Positions 56,389 through 64,000 of a DNA stretch of 64,000 nucleotides are shown here, piece after piece. The DNA comes from an uncultured Oscillospiraceae bacterium (GTDB lineage: Bacteria; Bacillota; Clostridia; Christensenellales; CAG-138), in NCBI GenBank assembly GCA_964636685.1, contig CAZWUK010000001.1:36053-100052 (forward strand), given 5' to 3'. Position 1 is the stretch's first letter; each line of letters begins with the position of its first letter. The notes under the pieces are model-generated. The model ran no database searches. It was not told the DNA's origin and saw only the letters and a list, made by a program, of their open reading frames with translations. A program made the position numbers and the translations under genes.

Positions 56389-56460
56389 AAGTCTCTCCTT
56401 ATATGCCGCGGCGTTCTATAAAAAACCCGCACCGTCCGACATTGTTTTGCACGTATTGTA

Positions 56461-56925
56461 TCAACCGACCAAAATGGCGATCACAATCCCTAAAACCGAT
56501 CCCATCACGACCTGAAACGGCGTATGCCCGATGAGTTCCTTCAGTTCCTCCTCCGGCAACCCTTTTGCACCGTTCTTTTTCAAAATATCCATGATCGCCA
56601 TGATGGACTTGGCTTGTTTTCCCGTCTCCAGCCGCACGCCTCTGGCGTCATGCAGCACCACGGCCGTCAGAACCAGGCTGATGACAAACTCAAAGGAGCC
56701 TACGCCAAAGTGCAGGATGCTGGAGGTCGTCAGCGCGCAGACAGTCGCCGCATGCGAGCTTGGCATACCGCCGCTGCCCACCATGCGTTCGAGCTTCCAT
56801 TCATGCTCGACAAAACCATGGATGATCGTTTTCAACACCTGAGCGATCAGCCAGCCGAGCAGCGCAGCGATCAAAACCCGGTTTGATAAGAAGTCCGTCA
56901 ATATCTTGTCCATACACGCACCCAT
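56461..56925 (-). CDS. Divergent PAP2-family membrane protein (DUF212)
   Basis: 154 aa: LIAQVLKTIIHG....GSGGMPSSHAATV...LHDARGVR motifs. Confidence 0.8.
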   Translation of the reverse strand: MGACMDKILTDFLSNRVLIAALLGWLIAQVLKTIIHGFVEHEWKLERMVGSGGMPSSHAATVCALTTSSILHFGVGSFEFVISLVLTAVVLHDARGVRLETGKQAKSIMAIMDILKKNGAKGLPEEELKELIGHTPFQVVMGSVLGIVIAILVG

Positions 56926-57033
56926 TCCACAGGATTCTTTTTATGTTACTGCATTGCATCGGGATTGGCAACGCTAAAATCTCAAAAAACCGTTTTTTAT
57001 CCCGTTTCCGTTCCTGCGGGCGCGCAGATATCT

Positions 57034-57070
57034 GAAAAAGCGACCGGGATGCCAATGCCGGTCGCTTCTT
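57034..57070. terminator. Bidirectional-looking terminator after the lipoprotein gene
   Basis: AGCGACCGG-gatgccaatg-CCGGTCGCT flanked by an A-run and a T-run. Confidence 0.7.
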
Positions 57071-57120
57071 TTATTCTGTTTGCGCGGATACCGCGTTCCC
57101 TTATTTCTTGCAGGCAGGCT

Positions 57121-58176
57121 TTATTTTTGAAGCACCGCATCCGCAATGCAGTAACGGTAGGCCGTGTCGTTCAACGACGCCATATAGGCGTTCGGCACCA
57201 GCGAAAATTCCATGGTGTCCAAGATTTCTCCGTCCCAGGTTTGCATTTCCACCGTGACAAGTACGCCGTCGCCGCCAAGGTAGGAGGTCACGACGGTCAG
57301 CGCGTCGCCGGAATCGGAATTGTCCAGCACATAGACGTCCTCCTCCGCGTCGTATCGCACGCCCCATAGCGTATCCGGAATCTCCGGCAATGTGCCGTCA
57401 AACTCCGTGAGTATCGTGCTTGCAAATTTTTTAATCAATTCAGCAGGAACGATTGTCTCCTCCTGCGTCTGCGTGACGCATTCGTCCGTGCAGCCGTAAT
57501 TGACGCCCATCAAATACATCACCTGCCAGAAAAACATCCCGTCCTCCGGCTCATAGGCGCCGTCCGTGTTCTGCATGACGCGCAGCACCGAATCCATGGC
57601 GGGGAGCATGGCCTGGATACGATCCTCCGCATTCTGCGTCCGATCCTTCAAGGCGTCCGTATCCAGCTGGAAAACATATTCGACCGTGTTTTCCCCAAAT
57701 CTGCACGTGAATAAAAACGCCCGGCGTACAGCGCCTTCCTGAAAATCAGCGTCCTTTACGCTCAAAAGCGCCGTAATGTCCTCGTTTAGCACAAAACGGA
57801 CGGTTCCCTCGACGACCGGCGTATCAATCTGCTCGGTAAACTGCTCCGGGCGTTGTTCCCCGTTTACACCGGCAATCCATCCGGTCAAGCTTGTTTCATC
57901 CGGCAGGACGCCGCTGAAATGGAATATGATCTCCGTTCCCAGCCGCACCTGCGGGATGTCGTACCCCAGCCCGTCATATTCGGAAAAAGCATCCGCCTGA
58001 CGTTCCGCAAGACTTTTTTCGTCACTCGAAAGCCGTGTGTAAGGCACAGTCATTTCACCCGCTGTAATGGTCAACGCGGGAATCTCCTGCTGCACTGTTT
58101 CTTCGGGCTTTGCGCACCCGGTCAAACAAGCGGCCAGCATCAGAAAGGCTGCCAGCCCGGACAGATACCGTTTCAT
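57121..58176 (-). CDS. Lipoprotein, unknown function
   Basis: 351 aa with signal peptide and lipobox MLAACLTGC. Confidence 0.6.
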   Translation of the reverse strand: MKRYLSGLAAFLMLAACLTGCAKPEETVQQEIPALTITAGEMTVPYTRLSSDEKSLAERQADAFSEYDGLGYDIPQVRLGTEIIFHFSGVLPDETSLTGWIAGVNGEQRPEQFTEQIDTPVVEGTVRFVLNEDITALLSVKDADFQEGAVRRAFLFTCRFGENTVEYVFQLDTDALKDRTQNAEDRIQAMLPAMDSVLRVMQNTDGAYEPEDGMFFWQVMYLMGVNYGCTDECVTQTQEETIVPAELIKKFASTILTEFDGTLPEIPDTLWGVRYDAEEDVYVLDNSDSGDALTVVTSYLGGDGVLVTVEMQTWDGEILDTMEFSLVPNAYMASLNDTAYRYCIADAVLQK

Positions 58177-58390
58177 ATTCGTTACTCCTTTTGCCTATGC
58201 AAATGTGCAAAGTAATTAAAAACCAACTCCGTTGGGATCATTGTACCAAAAAAACGTATATTGAAAAGAAAACGTTTTGGAAAATCACAGTTTTTCCGCG
58301 TTGTCGTCATCAATACGCGTCGTTTTGTGTCGCATTTGATCGGATTCAATGCTATAATCAGAAAAACGGTGGACAGATAAGGAGCAACTC

Positions 58391-59701
58391 ATGAAAAGAT
58401 CTTGGCAGGACGTCATCAACGACAGCTTTCTTCTGCGGACCGCCGGTATCGTCGTTTTGATTTTGGTCGTCGTCTGCGACGTGATTCTGTGCGTTCGCGG
58501 CTGCTCGAAGAAGGAAGCGTATTTGGAGCAGGAACCGATCGCGTTGGAAACTGCCGAGCCTGTCGCCCCCACGCCCCGTCCAACGCCCGAAGCGACCCTT
58601 ACCTTTGTCGAAAATGCCGAGTATCCCTTACCCAAAAAGGAAAATCTACTTGTACAGGGCGCTTTTTTCCGGCTGCGCGGCACAATACAGTCCAATTACC
58701 CATTGTCGTCCGTTACCGTTACGATCACCTGCGATCACAACGATCAGGAGATTTATCCCTACCAAAAGACGGTCTTTCTGTTTCCCGCTGACTTTCGCCA
58801 AACCTACTCGCTTGACGACCCCGACACAAAATCCGAAAAATCTCTGGATCAGCTGGTCAAATTCTCCGAGCTGCAGGTCGGTTTACACACGCTAAAGCTC
58901 TCCGCCACGATTGTCGGGCGCACAAAATCGTACCCGCTTGCCACATCGCAATTCTATGTGTTGGGCGAAAAGTGGAAATGGATTCAAAAAAAGGATTTCA
59001 ACAATTCCTATGACACGGCGCTGAAGTTTTTCTCCGTGCCCGAGCGATTCGTCTATCGATACCAGTGGGTAGACGGCCGCTATATCGTCGCAGACCCGGA
59101 ATGGGAAAAAACCTATATTACAAAGCTTCAGGGGCTCCCGGACGACACGCTCTGGAGCGTGCATATCGACGCCGTCCCCTACTATGAAAAAGCGCTCCGC
59201 TATCTGAACAGCACCTTTGTGCGCGTACATGGCACAAACGGCGACTCCGGCATTCTTCCGCTGTCTGATCTGGTTGTGGAATACAACGGCTCTTATGTTT
59301 CTCGCTTTACCTCCTCGCTCAAAACGATCAGCCACCACGCGTTCGGTACGGCGACAGACATCAACGCTTCCATGGCCCCCAATCGAAATCTGCCCGAGAA
59401 TGATGCGGTGATCTTGGACGAGGTGAAAAACCGCTTATCTTACACGGGCATTGCCACCGAGGGCGACGTGCAATACTACGACTATACCTATTCCGGCAGC
59501 TATCCCACAAAGCATCATGGCGTACCGGACAGCGTGATTAACTATCTGCTGTATGAGCTGGCCTTTTTCCGCGCCGGATTCCAGTGGGGACACTATTATG
59601 TCAGCACAAGCGACGCCATGCACTTCACCCTGAGCGATAATGTGCTCGGCACGCATGAGGGCGAAACGGGACTGCGCAAGGTGTTTGCCTATATCGACTA
59701 A
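58391..59701 (+). CDS. Membrane-anchored M15-family (VanY/D-Ala-D-Ala carboxypeptidase-like) peptidase with a ~250-aa uncharacterised N-terminal ectodomain
   Basis: N-terminal TM, then the C-terminal motifs SHHAFGTATDIN and SDAMHFTL (Zn ligands H..D...H of M15). Confidence 0.7.
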   Translation: MKRSWQDVINDSFLLRTAGIVVLILVVVCDVILCVRGCSKKEAYLEQEPIALETAEPVAPTPRPTPEATLTFVENAEYPLPKKENLLVQGAFFRLRGTIQSNYPLSSVTVTITCDHNDQEIYPYQKTVFLFPADFRQTYSLDDPDTKSEKSLDQLVKFSELQVGLHTLKLSATIVGRTKSYPLATSQFYVLGEKWKWIQKKDFNNSYDTALKFFSVPERFVYRYQWVDGRYIVADPEWEKTYITKLQGLPDDTLWSVHIDAVPYYEKALRYLNSTFVRVHGTNGDSGILPLSDLVVEYNGSYVSRFTSSLKTISHHAFGTATDINASMAPNRNLPENDAVILDEVKNRLSYTGIATEGDVQYYDYTYSGSYPTKHHGVPDSVINYLLYELAFFRAGFQWGHYYVSTSDAMHFTLSDNVLGTHEGETGLRKVFAYID

Positions 59702-59877
59702 CGCTTTTGAGGCACAGCGCCTCCTTTGCTCCTGCCTGATACAATATTTGCTGGAGCATACTTTTAAAGTCTGCCAGATGGCATTGTACGCCATTGGCTC
59801 GCTGGTTGAAACAAGAAGCATGCCAGTGAAGGCGTGAAATTGCGCTTGTGTGATTTTAGAAAGGCACTCCGGATCAA

Positions 59878-59906
59878 AGCGGCGGCGGAAAAATTCCGCC
59901 GCCGCT
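59878..59906. terminator. Terminator between the convergent M15 peptidase gene and the 103-aa gene
   Basis: AGCGGCGGCGG-aaaaatt-CCGCCGCCGCT followed by CTTTCTTGTT. Confidence 0.7.
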
Positions 59907-59915
59907 CTTTCTTGT

Positions 59916-60227
59916 TCAGTTTGGATCGTCGCCGTAGAGAATCTGCGTCCGTCGATCCTTTTTCTTTTCCGGGAAGATCTCGATCTCAAACCGGTCAAAC
60001 GCCACGCTCTCCATGAAGTCCGACGGTGAAAACACCGTTCTCGAAAATCGTTGGAGATCCTTGACATGCTTGTCAAGAATCACGGGAACCGCGAGATCCA
60101 GCGGCTTGCACAGCGTTCCGATCACCGGCCGCCAGCCATCCGCGTCCACAGGCCGCGTCAGGGAAAACTCCTCCACCGTGTCCTGCACGATCTTGTGCTG
60201 TGTCAGTACCTTTGCCCAGATCTTCAT
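59916..60227 (-). CDS. Hypothetical 103-aa protein translationally coupled to the zinc-ribbon membrane protein
   Basis: MKIWAKVLTQHKIVQD... Its start overlaps the upstream stop by 1 nt (TAATG). Confidence 0.55.
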   Translation of the reverse strand: MKIWAKVLTQHKIVQDTVEEFSLTRPVDADGWRPVIGTLCKPLDLAVPVILDKHVKDLQRFSRTVFSPSDFMESVAFDRFEIEIFPEKKKDRRTQILYGDDPN

Positions 60228-62467
60228 TACTTCTTGAGGAACCAGCCCCATACGAACGGACAGCCGGTGTCCCCGTACAGACCCGCGTACGTGCCGTAGA
60301 AGAAATGCGTCGTGGAGCCGCCCTCGCGCCCGACCTTCGCCTTGGCGCTGTAGCTTGCGACATAGCAGATATCCCCGCCGGACAGCTTGACCTTGGCGAT
60401 GACGTAAGGCGTTTCCGTCTCATAGGAAACGATCTTGCCCTCGACAACATAGTTGACGGTCGAAGTGGTTTCGCCCGCTTTCAACTTGTCATAATCCTTC
60501 GTGATGCGACGGCAGTTCTTCATAAACGAGCTGGAGGAGGACGGCCCGTGCAGGAGCGTCGCCGTTGCTTCCGCGTCGTAGTATCCAAGCTGCTTTGCGG
60601 TGATCTTCACGTCATAGACGCCAACCTCCGCCATCGTCGCGGTCAAGGTAAACGTACCGTCTGCCGCAACCACCGCCGCGCTAAACGTCACCTTGTCGGA
60701 TGCGCACGCAGCCGTCAGCGTCGCACCGGCAGTCACCGTGCCGTTGATCGTCAGAACGCCGTCCTTTTCATCGCTGCGCAGATCCTTGAGTTCATTGGTC
60801 ACGCTGAGCACCATATTCTGCATGACGTACGGCTGCACCGTGACCGTCTGCGTAGCGGTGGCGCAGTTGTTCTTCTTTGCTTCGATCGTTACATATTCGG
60901 GCGCGCCCTGCAGGGCTGCCGTGGGCGTTGCGGTAGGCCCGTTCGTCGTCTCCGTGCCGGCGGGCGTCGTTGTGCCTGCCGTATCCGTGCTGCCGGGCGT
61001 AGTCGCCCCCGCCGTATCCGTGCTGCCGGGCGTTGTCGTTCCCGCAACCGCGGTATCGGTGGTTTCGGGCAGTGTCGCCCCTGCGCCATCCGTTCCCGCA
61101 TCGGGCACGACGGCGTCGCCGGTGGGATTTTGCGTGTTGGCGTTCGCCTGACCCGGCGTATAGGTATAGCTGAATATGCCCTTTCCGGTCGCTTCATCCG
61201 AATGCACCGTCACGGCCTCGCCATTGACATAGACGTCCACGGTATGATCGTCTACCGTACCGGAGATCGTGATCGGGTCGTTATTGATGGAGGCGTTGAC
61301 CGCGCCGCCCTCAGGCGACGTCAGCGCCAGAGACACGGAGGGCACATTGAAGGACACCGCGTCAATATCGAGCTTATAGCTGCTGCCGGAAGGCTCCGTA
61401 ATCTGAATGTCCGGCGTTACGCTGTAAACAGACGTACTGAGCGGTTCGTTGGGCAAAAGCGCGGACTGCGGCAGCCGCAGCGTTACCTGCCCGCTCGCGG
61501 GCATGGTGGTCGTATCGGTCTTGAGCGCCACGGCGGTGTTGATCTTTGCGGTGCTTCCCTCCGGCGCATAGATGGTAATCTCGTAATACACCTGCCCATC
61601 CGCGTCGGTCGTCTCCTGAATCGTGGAGCGCTGCGGCGTATTGGCAATGTCGCCGGTCAGCTCGCCGGTATTGTCGCTCTCGCCGGTATCGCCGGTCTTG
61701 CCACCGAACACCGAACTGATAAAGGTATTGAAATTACCATAATTCTTATTGATAATATAGAAGCCGAACACGCCGATCAGCACGAGCAGCACGACGATCA
61801 AAACCCAGAACAGGATCGTAGATCCTTTGCCGCGCTTTGGCATATCGTCGTCATCGTCGTCGAATTCGTCGTCGTATTCATCATCGTCGTCGTATTCGTC
61901 GAGGTTCTCCTCGCCGTCGGTTTCGGCAAGGTCGGTATCCTCGTCGTCCTCATATTCATCCGTTTCGTCGTCATCGTCGTCGTAATCGTCCTTGCGCGCC
62001 GCGGTATGCTTCGTGTAGCTGGCCGCGGTGTTGGACACGGCGGCGTGCCGCTGCGCCGGCTTTACGACCGCTTCTTCTTCGCCGTCCGATTCGATCTTGC
62101 TGCCGCAGTACGGGCAGAAGGGCGCCCCCGCGACCAATGGCTTCCCACAGGACGCGCAAAAGCTCTTTTGCTCGGAAGGCGTTTGTTTTTTCACCGTCGC
62201 GGCGGAAGCGGCAAGCGCGTCCGCCTGTTCGCGGATACGGCTCTCCCGCTGCGGAGCGGGCTGATAGGGTTGATTTTCGGGCGCACCCGCATAAGCGCGC
62301 GTGGGCCAGCTGGGTGCGGAAACAAATTCGCGCGCCGGACGACCGCCGTCCTCCTGCTCAGAAGTATCTTCCGTAGCCATGTTATCGGGTTCCTTGAGCC
62401 TTGCGGCACAAACCCGGCAATGCGTCAGATGCTCTGCGTTATAAGCGCCGCATTCTCTGCATACCAT
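60227..62467 (-). CDS. Zinc-ribbon / poly-acidic / single-TM / Ig-like-ectodomain membrane protein (TcaA/YvbJ-like architecture)
   Basis: 746 aa with two CxxC...CxxC zinc ribbons (CRECG..CRVC; CASCG..CPYC), a ~50-aa Asp/Glu tract, a TM (ILFWVLIVVLLVLIGVFGFYI), and a Thr/Ser-rich beta-strand-like ectodomain with TTPGSTDTAG repeats. The 758-aa plus-strand ORF opposite it is an artefact. Confidence 0.75.
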   Translation of the reverse strand: MVCRECGAYNAEHLTHCRVCAARLKEPDNMATEDTSEQEDGGRPAREFVSAPSWPTRAYAGAPENQPYQPAPQRESRIREQADALAASAATVKKQTPSEQKSFCASCGKPLVAGAPFCPYCGSKIESDGEEEAVVKPAQRHAAVSNTAASYTKHTAARKDDYDDDDDETDEYEDDEDTDLAETDGEENLDEYDDDDEYDDEFDDDDDDMPKRGKGSTILFWVLIVVLLVLIGVFGFYIINKNYGNFNTFISSVFGGKTGDTGESDNTGELTGDIANTPQRSTIQETTDADGQVYYEITIYAPEGSTAKINTAVALKTDTTTMPASGQVTLRLPQSALLPNEPLSTSVYSVTPDIQITEPSGSSYKLDIDAVSFNVPSVSLALTSPEGGAVNASINNDPITISGTVDDHTVDVYVNGEAVTVHSDEATGKGIFSYTYTPGQANANTQNPTGDAVVPDAGTDGAGATLPETTDTAVAGTTTPGSTDTAGATTPGSTDTAGTTTPAGTETTNGPTATPTAALQGAPEYVTIEAKKNNCATATQTVTVQPYVMQNMVLSVTNELKDLRSDEKDGVLTINGTVTAGATLTAACASDKVTFSAAVVAADGTFTLTATMAEVGVYDVKITAKQLGYYDAEATATLLHGPSSSSSFMKNCRRITKDYDKLKAGETTSTVNYVVEGKIVSYETETPYVIAKVKLSGGDICYVASYSAKAKVGREGGSTTHFFYGTYAGLYGDTGCPFVWGWFLKK
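60977..61042 (-). repeat. In-frame 33-nt tandem repeat (2 full copies plus partial flanks) encoding (A/T)TTPGSTDTAG
   Basis: GCCGTATCCGTGCTGCCGGGCGT recurs at 60977 and 61010 (period 33). Confidence 0.8.
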
Positions 62468-62731
62468 ATGATCTAATCCTCCGTTCCATATAGCGGTATT
62501 CAGGTACTCTTCCAGTCATACCATGGGTATTATAACGCGCTTTCCGCTATTGTGCAAAGAATAAATCGTGAACTTTTCGCGTGTTTTATACTCTTTCCCA
62601 TACTGAAAAGCTGTGGTATGATAAAATGTCCTATAAAAGGATACACAAAGCGCGTATTCGGCATAAAATGAAATAGAACATTCGCGGCAAACCCGCCATG
62701 ATCCGAATACGCTTTCAGATAAGGAGCAAGC

Positions 62732-63877
62732 ATGATCTACTTGGATAACAGCGCGACAACGCGCGTGACGCCCGCTGCGGCGGACGCCGCAAGGCAGGCA
62801 ATGCGGGAGGACTTTTTTAACCCCGCGGCCGCTTATACGCCGGCGGCAGCGCTGGAAAAGCGCGTAGACGCGGTTCGAAAGAACGTTGCCGACTCCATCG
62901 GTCACAAAAGCGAAGAAATCGTCTTTACCTCCGGCGGCACGGAATCCAACAACGCCGCTATATTCGGCTCGCTCAAGCCCGTGCGCGGAAAGCGGCGCAT
63001 GATTACAACGGTTGTGGAGCATCCCTCGGTCTATGAGGTGTTTCGTTCGCTTGAAAACGATCCGGAGACAGAGGTCGTCTATCTGCCGGTAGACAGCATG
63101 GGACAGGTCGCGCTCCCCGCGCTTGCCGACGCGCTCACTGAAAATACGGCGCTGGTCTCCATCATGCACGTCAACAACGAAACCGGCGCGATCAATGATA
63201 TTGCCGGAGCGTATCAGATGATCCGCCGCGCTTCGCCCGGTGCGCTCTTTCACGTGGACGGCGTGCAGGCCTATTGCAAGCTGCCTTTTTCTGCCGTCCC
63301 CTGCGACCTCTACTCCGTCAGCGGACACAAGTTTCATGCGCCAAAGGGCGTCGGCGCGCTCTATGTGCGCGGCGGCGTCCGCTTTGCCGGCGGACAGATC
63401 GGCGGCGGGCAGGAGCAAAACAGACGCTCCGGAACCACCAACGTGCCGGGCATTTTCGGCATGGACGCCGCGCTTTCCGATTACCGCAGAAATCAGAGCG
63501 CGTATCTCAAGGTCATGCGCGGCTGCAAGCTGCGGCTTTGGCAGAACCTTTCCACAATCCCCGATGTGCTGTTCAATGGGCCGGCGCCTGAAAACGGCGC
63601 GGGGCATATCCTGAACGCCTCCTTTTTGGGTGTTCGCGGCGAGGTGCTCCTCCACGCGCTCAGCGAGCAGGAGATTTACGTCGCCACAGGCTCCGCCTGC
63701 TCTGCGCACAAGAAAGGGAAAAACCGTGTATTGGCTGCCAGCGGTATCACCGGCCCCCGACAGGAGGGCGCGATCCGCTTCAGCTTTTCACCGTTCAACA
63801 CAATAGAAGAAATGGATACCGCCGCAGAAGCGATCAAAAGTTCGGTCGCCTTTTTGCGAAAGTATCAGAGGAGGTAA
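62732..63877 (+). CDS. Cysteine desulfurase (class V aminotransferase, NifS/IscS-like)
   Basis: 381 aa: MIYLDNSATT, SGGTESNN, SGHKFHAPKGVGALY (PLP-Lys), SGSACS (active-site Cys loop). Confidence 0.9.
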   Translation: MIYLDNSATTRVTPAAADAARQAMREDFFNPAAAYTPAAALEKRVDAVRKNVADSIGHKSEEIVFTSGGTESNNAAIFGSLKPVRGKRRMITTVVEHPSVYEVFRSLENDPETEVVYLPVDSMGQVALPALADALTENTALVSIMHVNNETGAINDIAGAYQMIRRASPGALFHVDGVQAYCKLPFSAVPCDLYSVSGHKFHAPKGVGALYVRGGVRFAGGQIGGGQEQNRRSGTTNVPGIFGMDAALSDYRRNQSAYLKVMRGCKLRLWQNLSTIPDVLFNGPAPENGAGHILNASFLGVRGEVLLHALSEQEIYVATGSACSAHKKGKNRVLAASGITGPRQEGAIRFSFSPFNTIEEMDTAAEAIKSSVAFLRKYQRR

Positions 63878-63879
63878 TT

Positions 63880-64000
63880 ATGCAGCCCGTACTCCTGGTA
63901 CGTTACGCCGAAATCCATCTCAAGGGACTCAACCGCCCGTTTTTTGAGCGAAGTCTCGTCAACGGCATCAAAAAAGCGCTTCTGCCGCTCGAGGTCAACG
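63880..64000 (+). CDS. thiI: tRNA 4-thiouridine synthase ThiI, N-terminal fragment (continues beyond the window)
   Basis: MQPVLLVRYAEIHLKGLNRPFFERSLVNGIKKAL matches the ThiI N-terminal ferredoxin-like domain (..RYGEI.LKG.NR..F). It lies 2 nt after the nifS-like stop. Confidence 0.75.
   Translation, partial: MQPVLLVRYAEIHLKGLNRPFFERSLVNGIKKALLPLEVN

Noticed and set aside
59435-60076. 213-aa minus-strand ORF spanning the M15 peptidase 3' end and the intergenic region.
   Set aside because: It overlaps the well-supported M15 C-terminal motifs on the opposite strand and crosses a terminator. The sequence is low-complexity Arg/Ser-rich.
61846-61990. GAT/GAC/GAA-rich repetitive DNA that might be a microsatellite or CRISPR-like array.
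   Set aside because: It is in frame within a 746-aa ORF and encodes the poly-Asp/Glu tract. There is no repeat-spacer periodicity.

Overview
This 64-kb chromosomal segment comes from a high-GC (roughly 58-60% by eye) Gram-positive anaerobe. The gene content looks like Clostridia, possibly Oscillospiraceae-like, but that assignment is inference only. Supporting signs are sigmaA-type TTGACA/TATAAT promoters, a T-box leader, DegV/FabT-like genes and a type III glutamine synthetase. About 80% of genes are on the minus strand, packed tightly with many 1-4 nt start/stop overlaps. I saw no rRNA, tRNA, CRISPR array, prophage or recognisable defence island.

Main blocks, left to right:
- FdrA/DUF2877 plus thiolase/DUF35 operon
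- pfkA, udk, glnN
- rpmG-secE-nusG-rplKAJL ribosomal cluster with an L10 leader
- tldD/pmbA
- An oversized Opp-type peptide ABC system
- MFS transporter and M29 aminopeptidase
- A KamA-family aminomutase plus Ddl-like ATP-grasp pair, next to an AAC(3)-fold acetyltransferase
- An 8-kb nucleoside-salvage operon: BMP-type ABC transporter, HAD, LacI and two MTAP-family phosphorylase paralogs
- A small low-GC islet with a lone serine recombinase and a 15-bp inverted repeat bracketing a 91-bp promoter-like segment
- FabT-like MarR plus DegV
- RCC1-repeat lipoprotein
- MarR plus heterodimeric ABC exporter
- T-box-controlled ilvBNC, then ilvD
- ilvA coupled to a DUF815 ATPase
- Envelope proteins, including a zinc-ribbon/poly-acidic/Ig-like membrane protein
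- nifS-thiI

The most promising candidates for undescribed biology are the beta-lysine-type KamA/ATP-grasp/AAC(3)-like locus, the recombinase-associated candidate inverton, and the FdrA/DUF2877-thiolase/DUF35 hybrid operon. None can be proven from sequence alone.

The ORF track accepts GTG/TTG starts and often over-extends N-termini. I re-picked starts using Shine-Dalgarno spacing and neighbouring stop codons.
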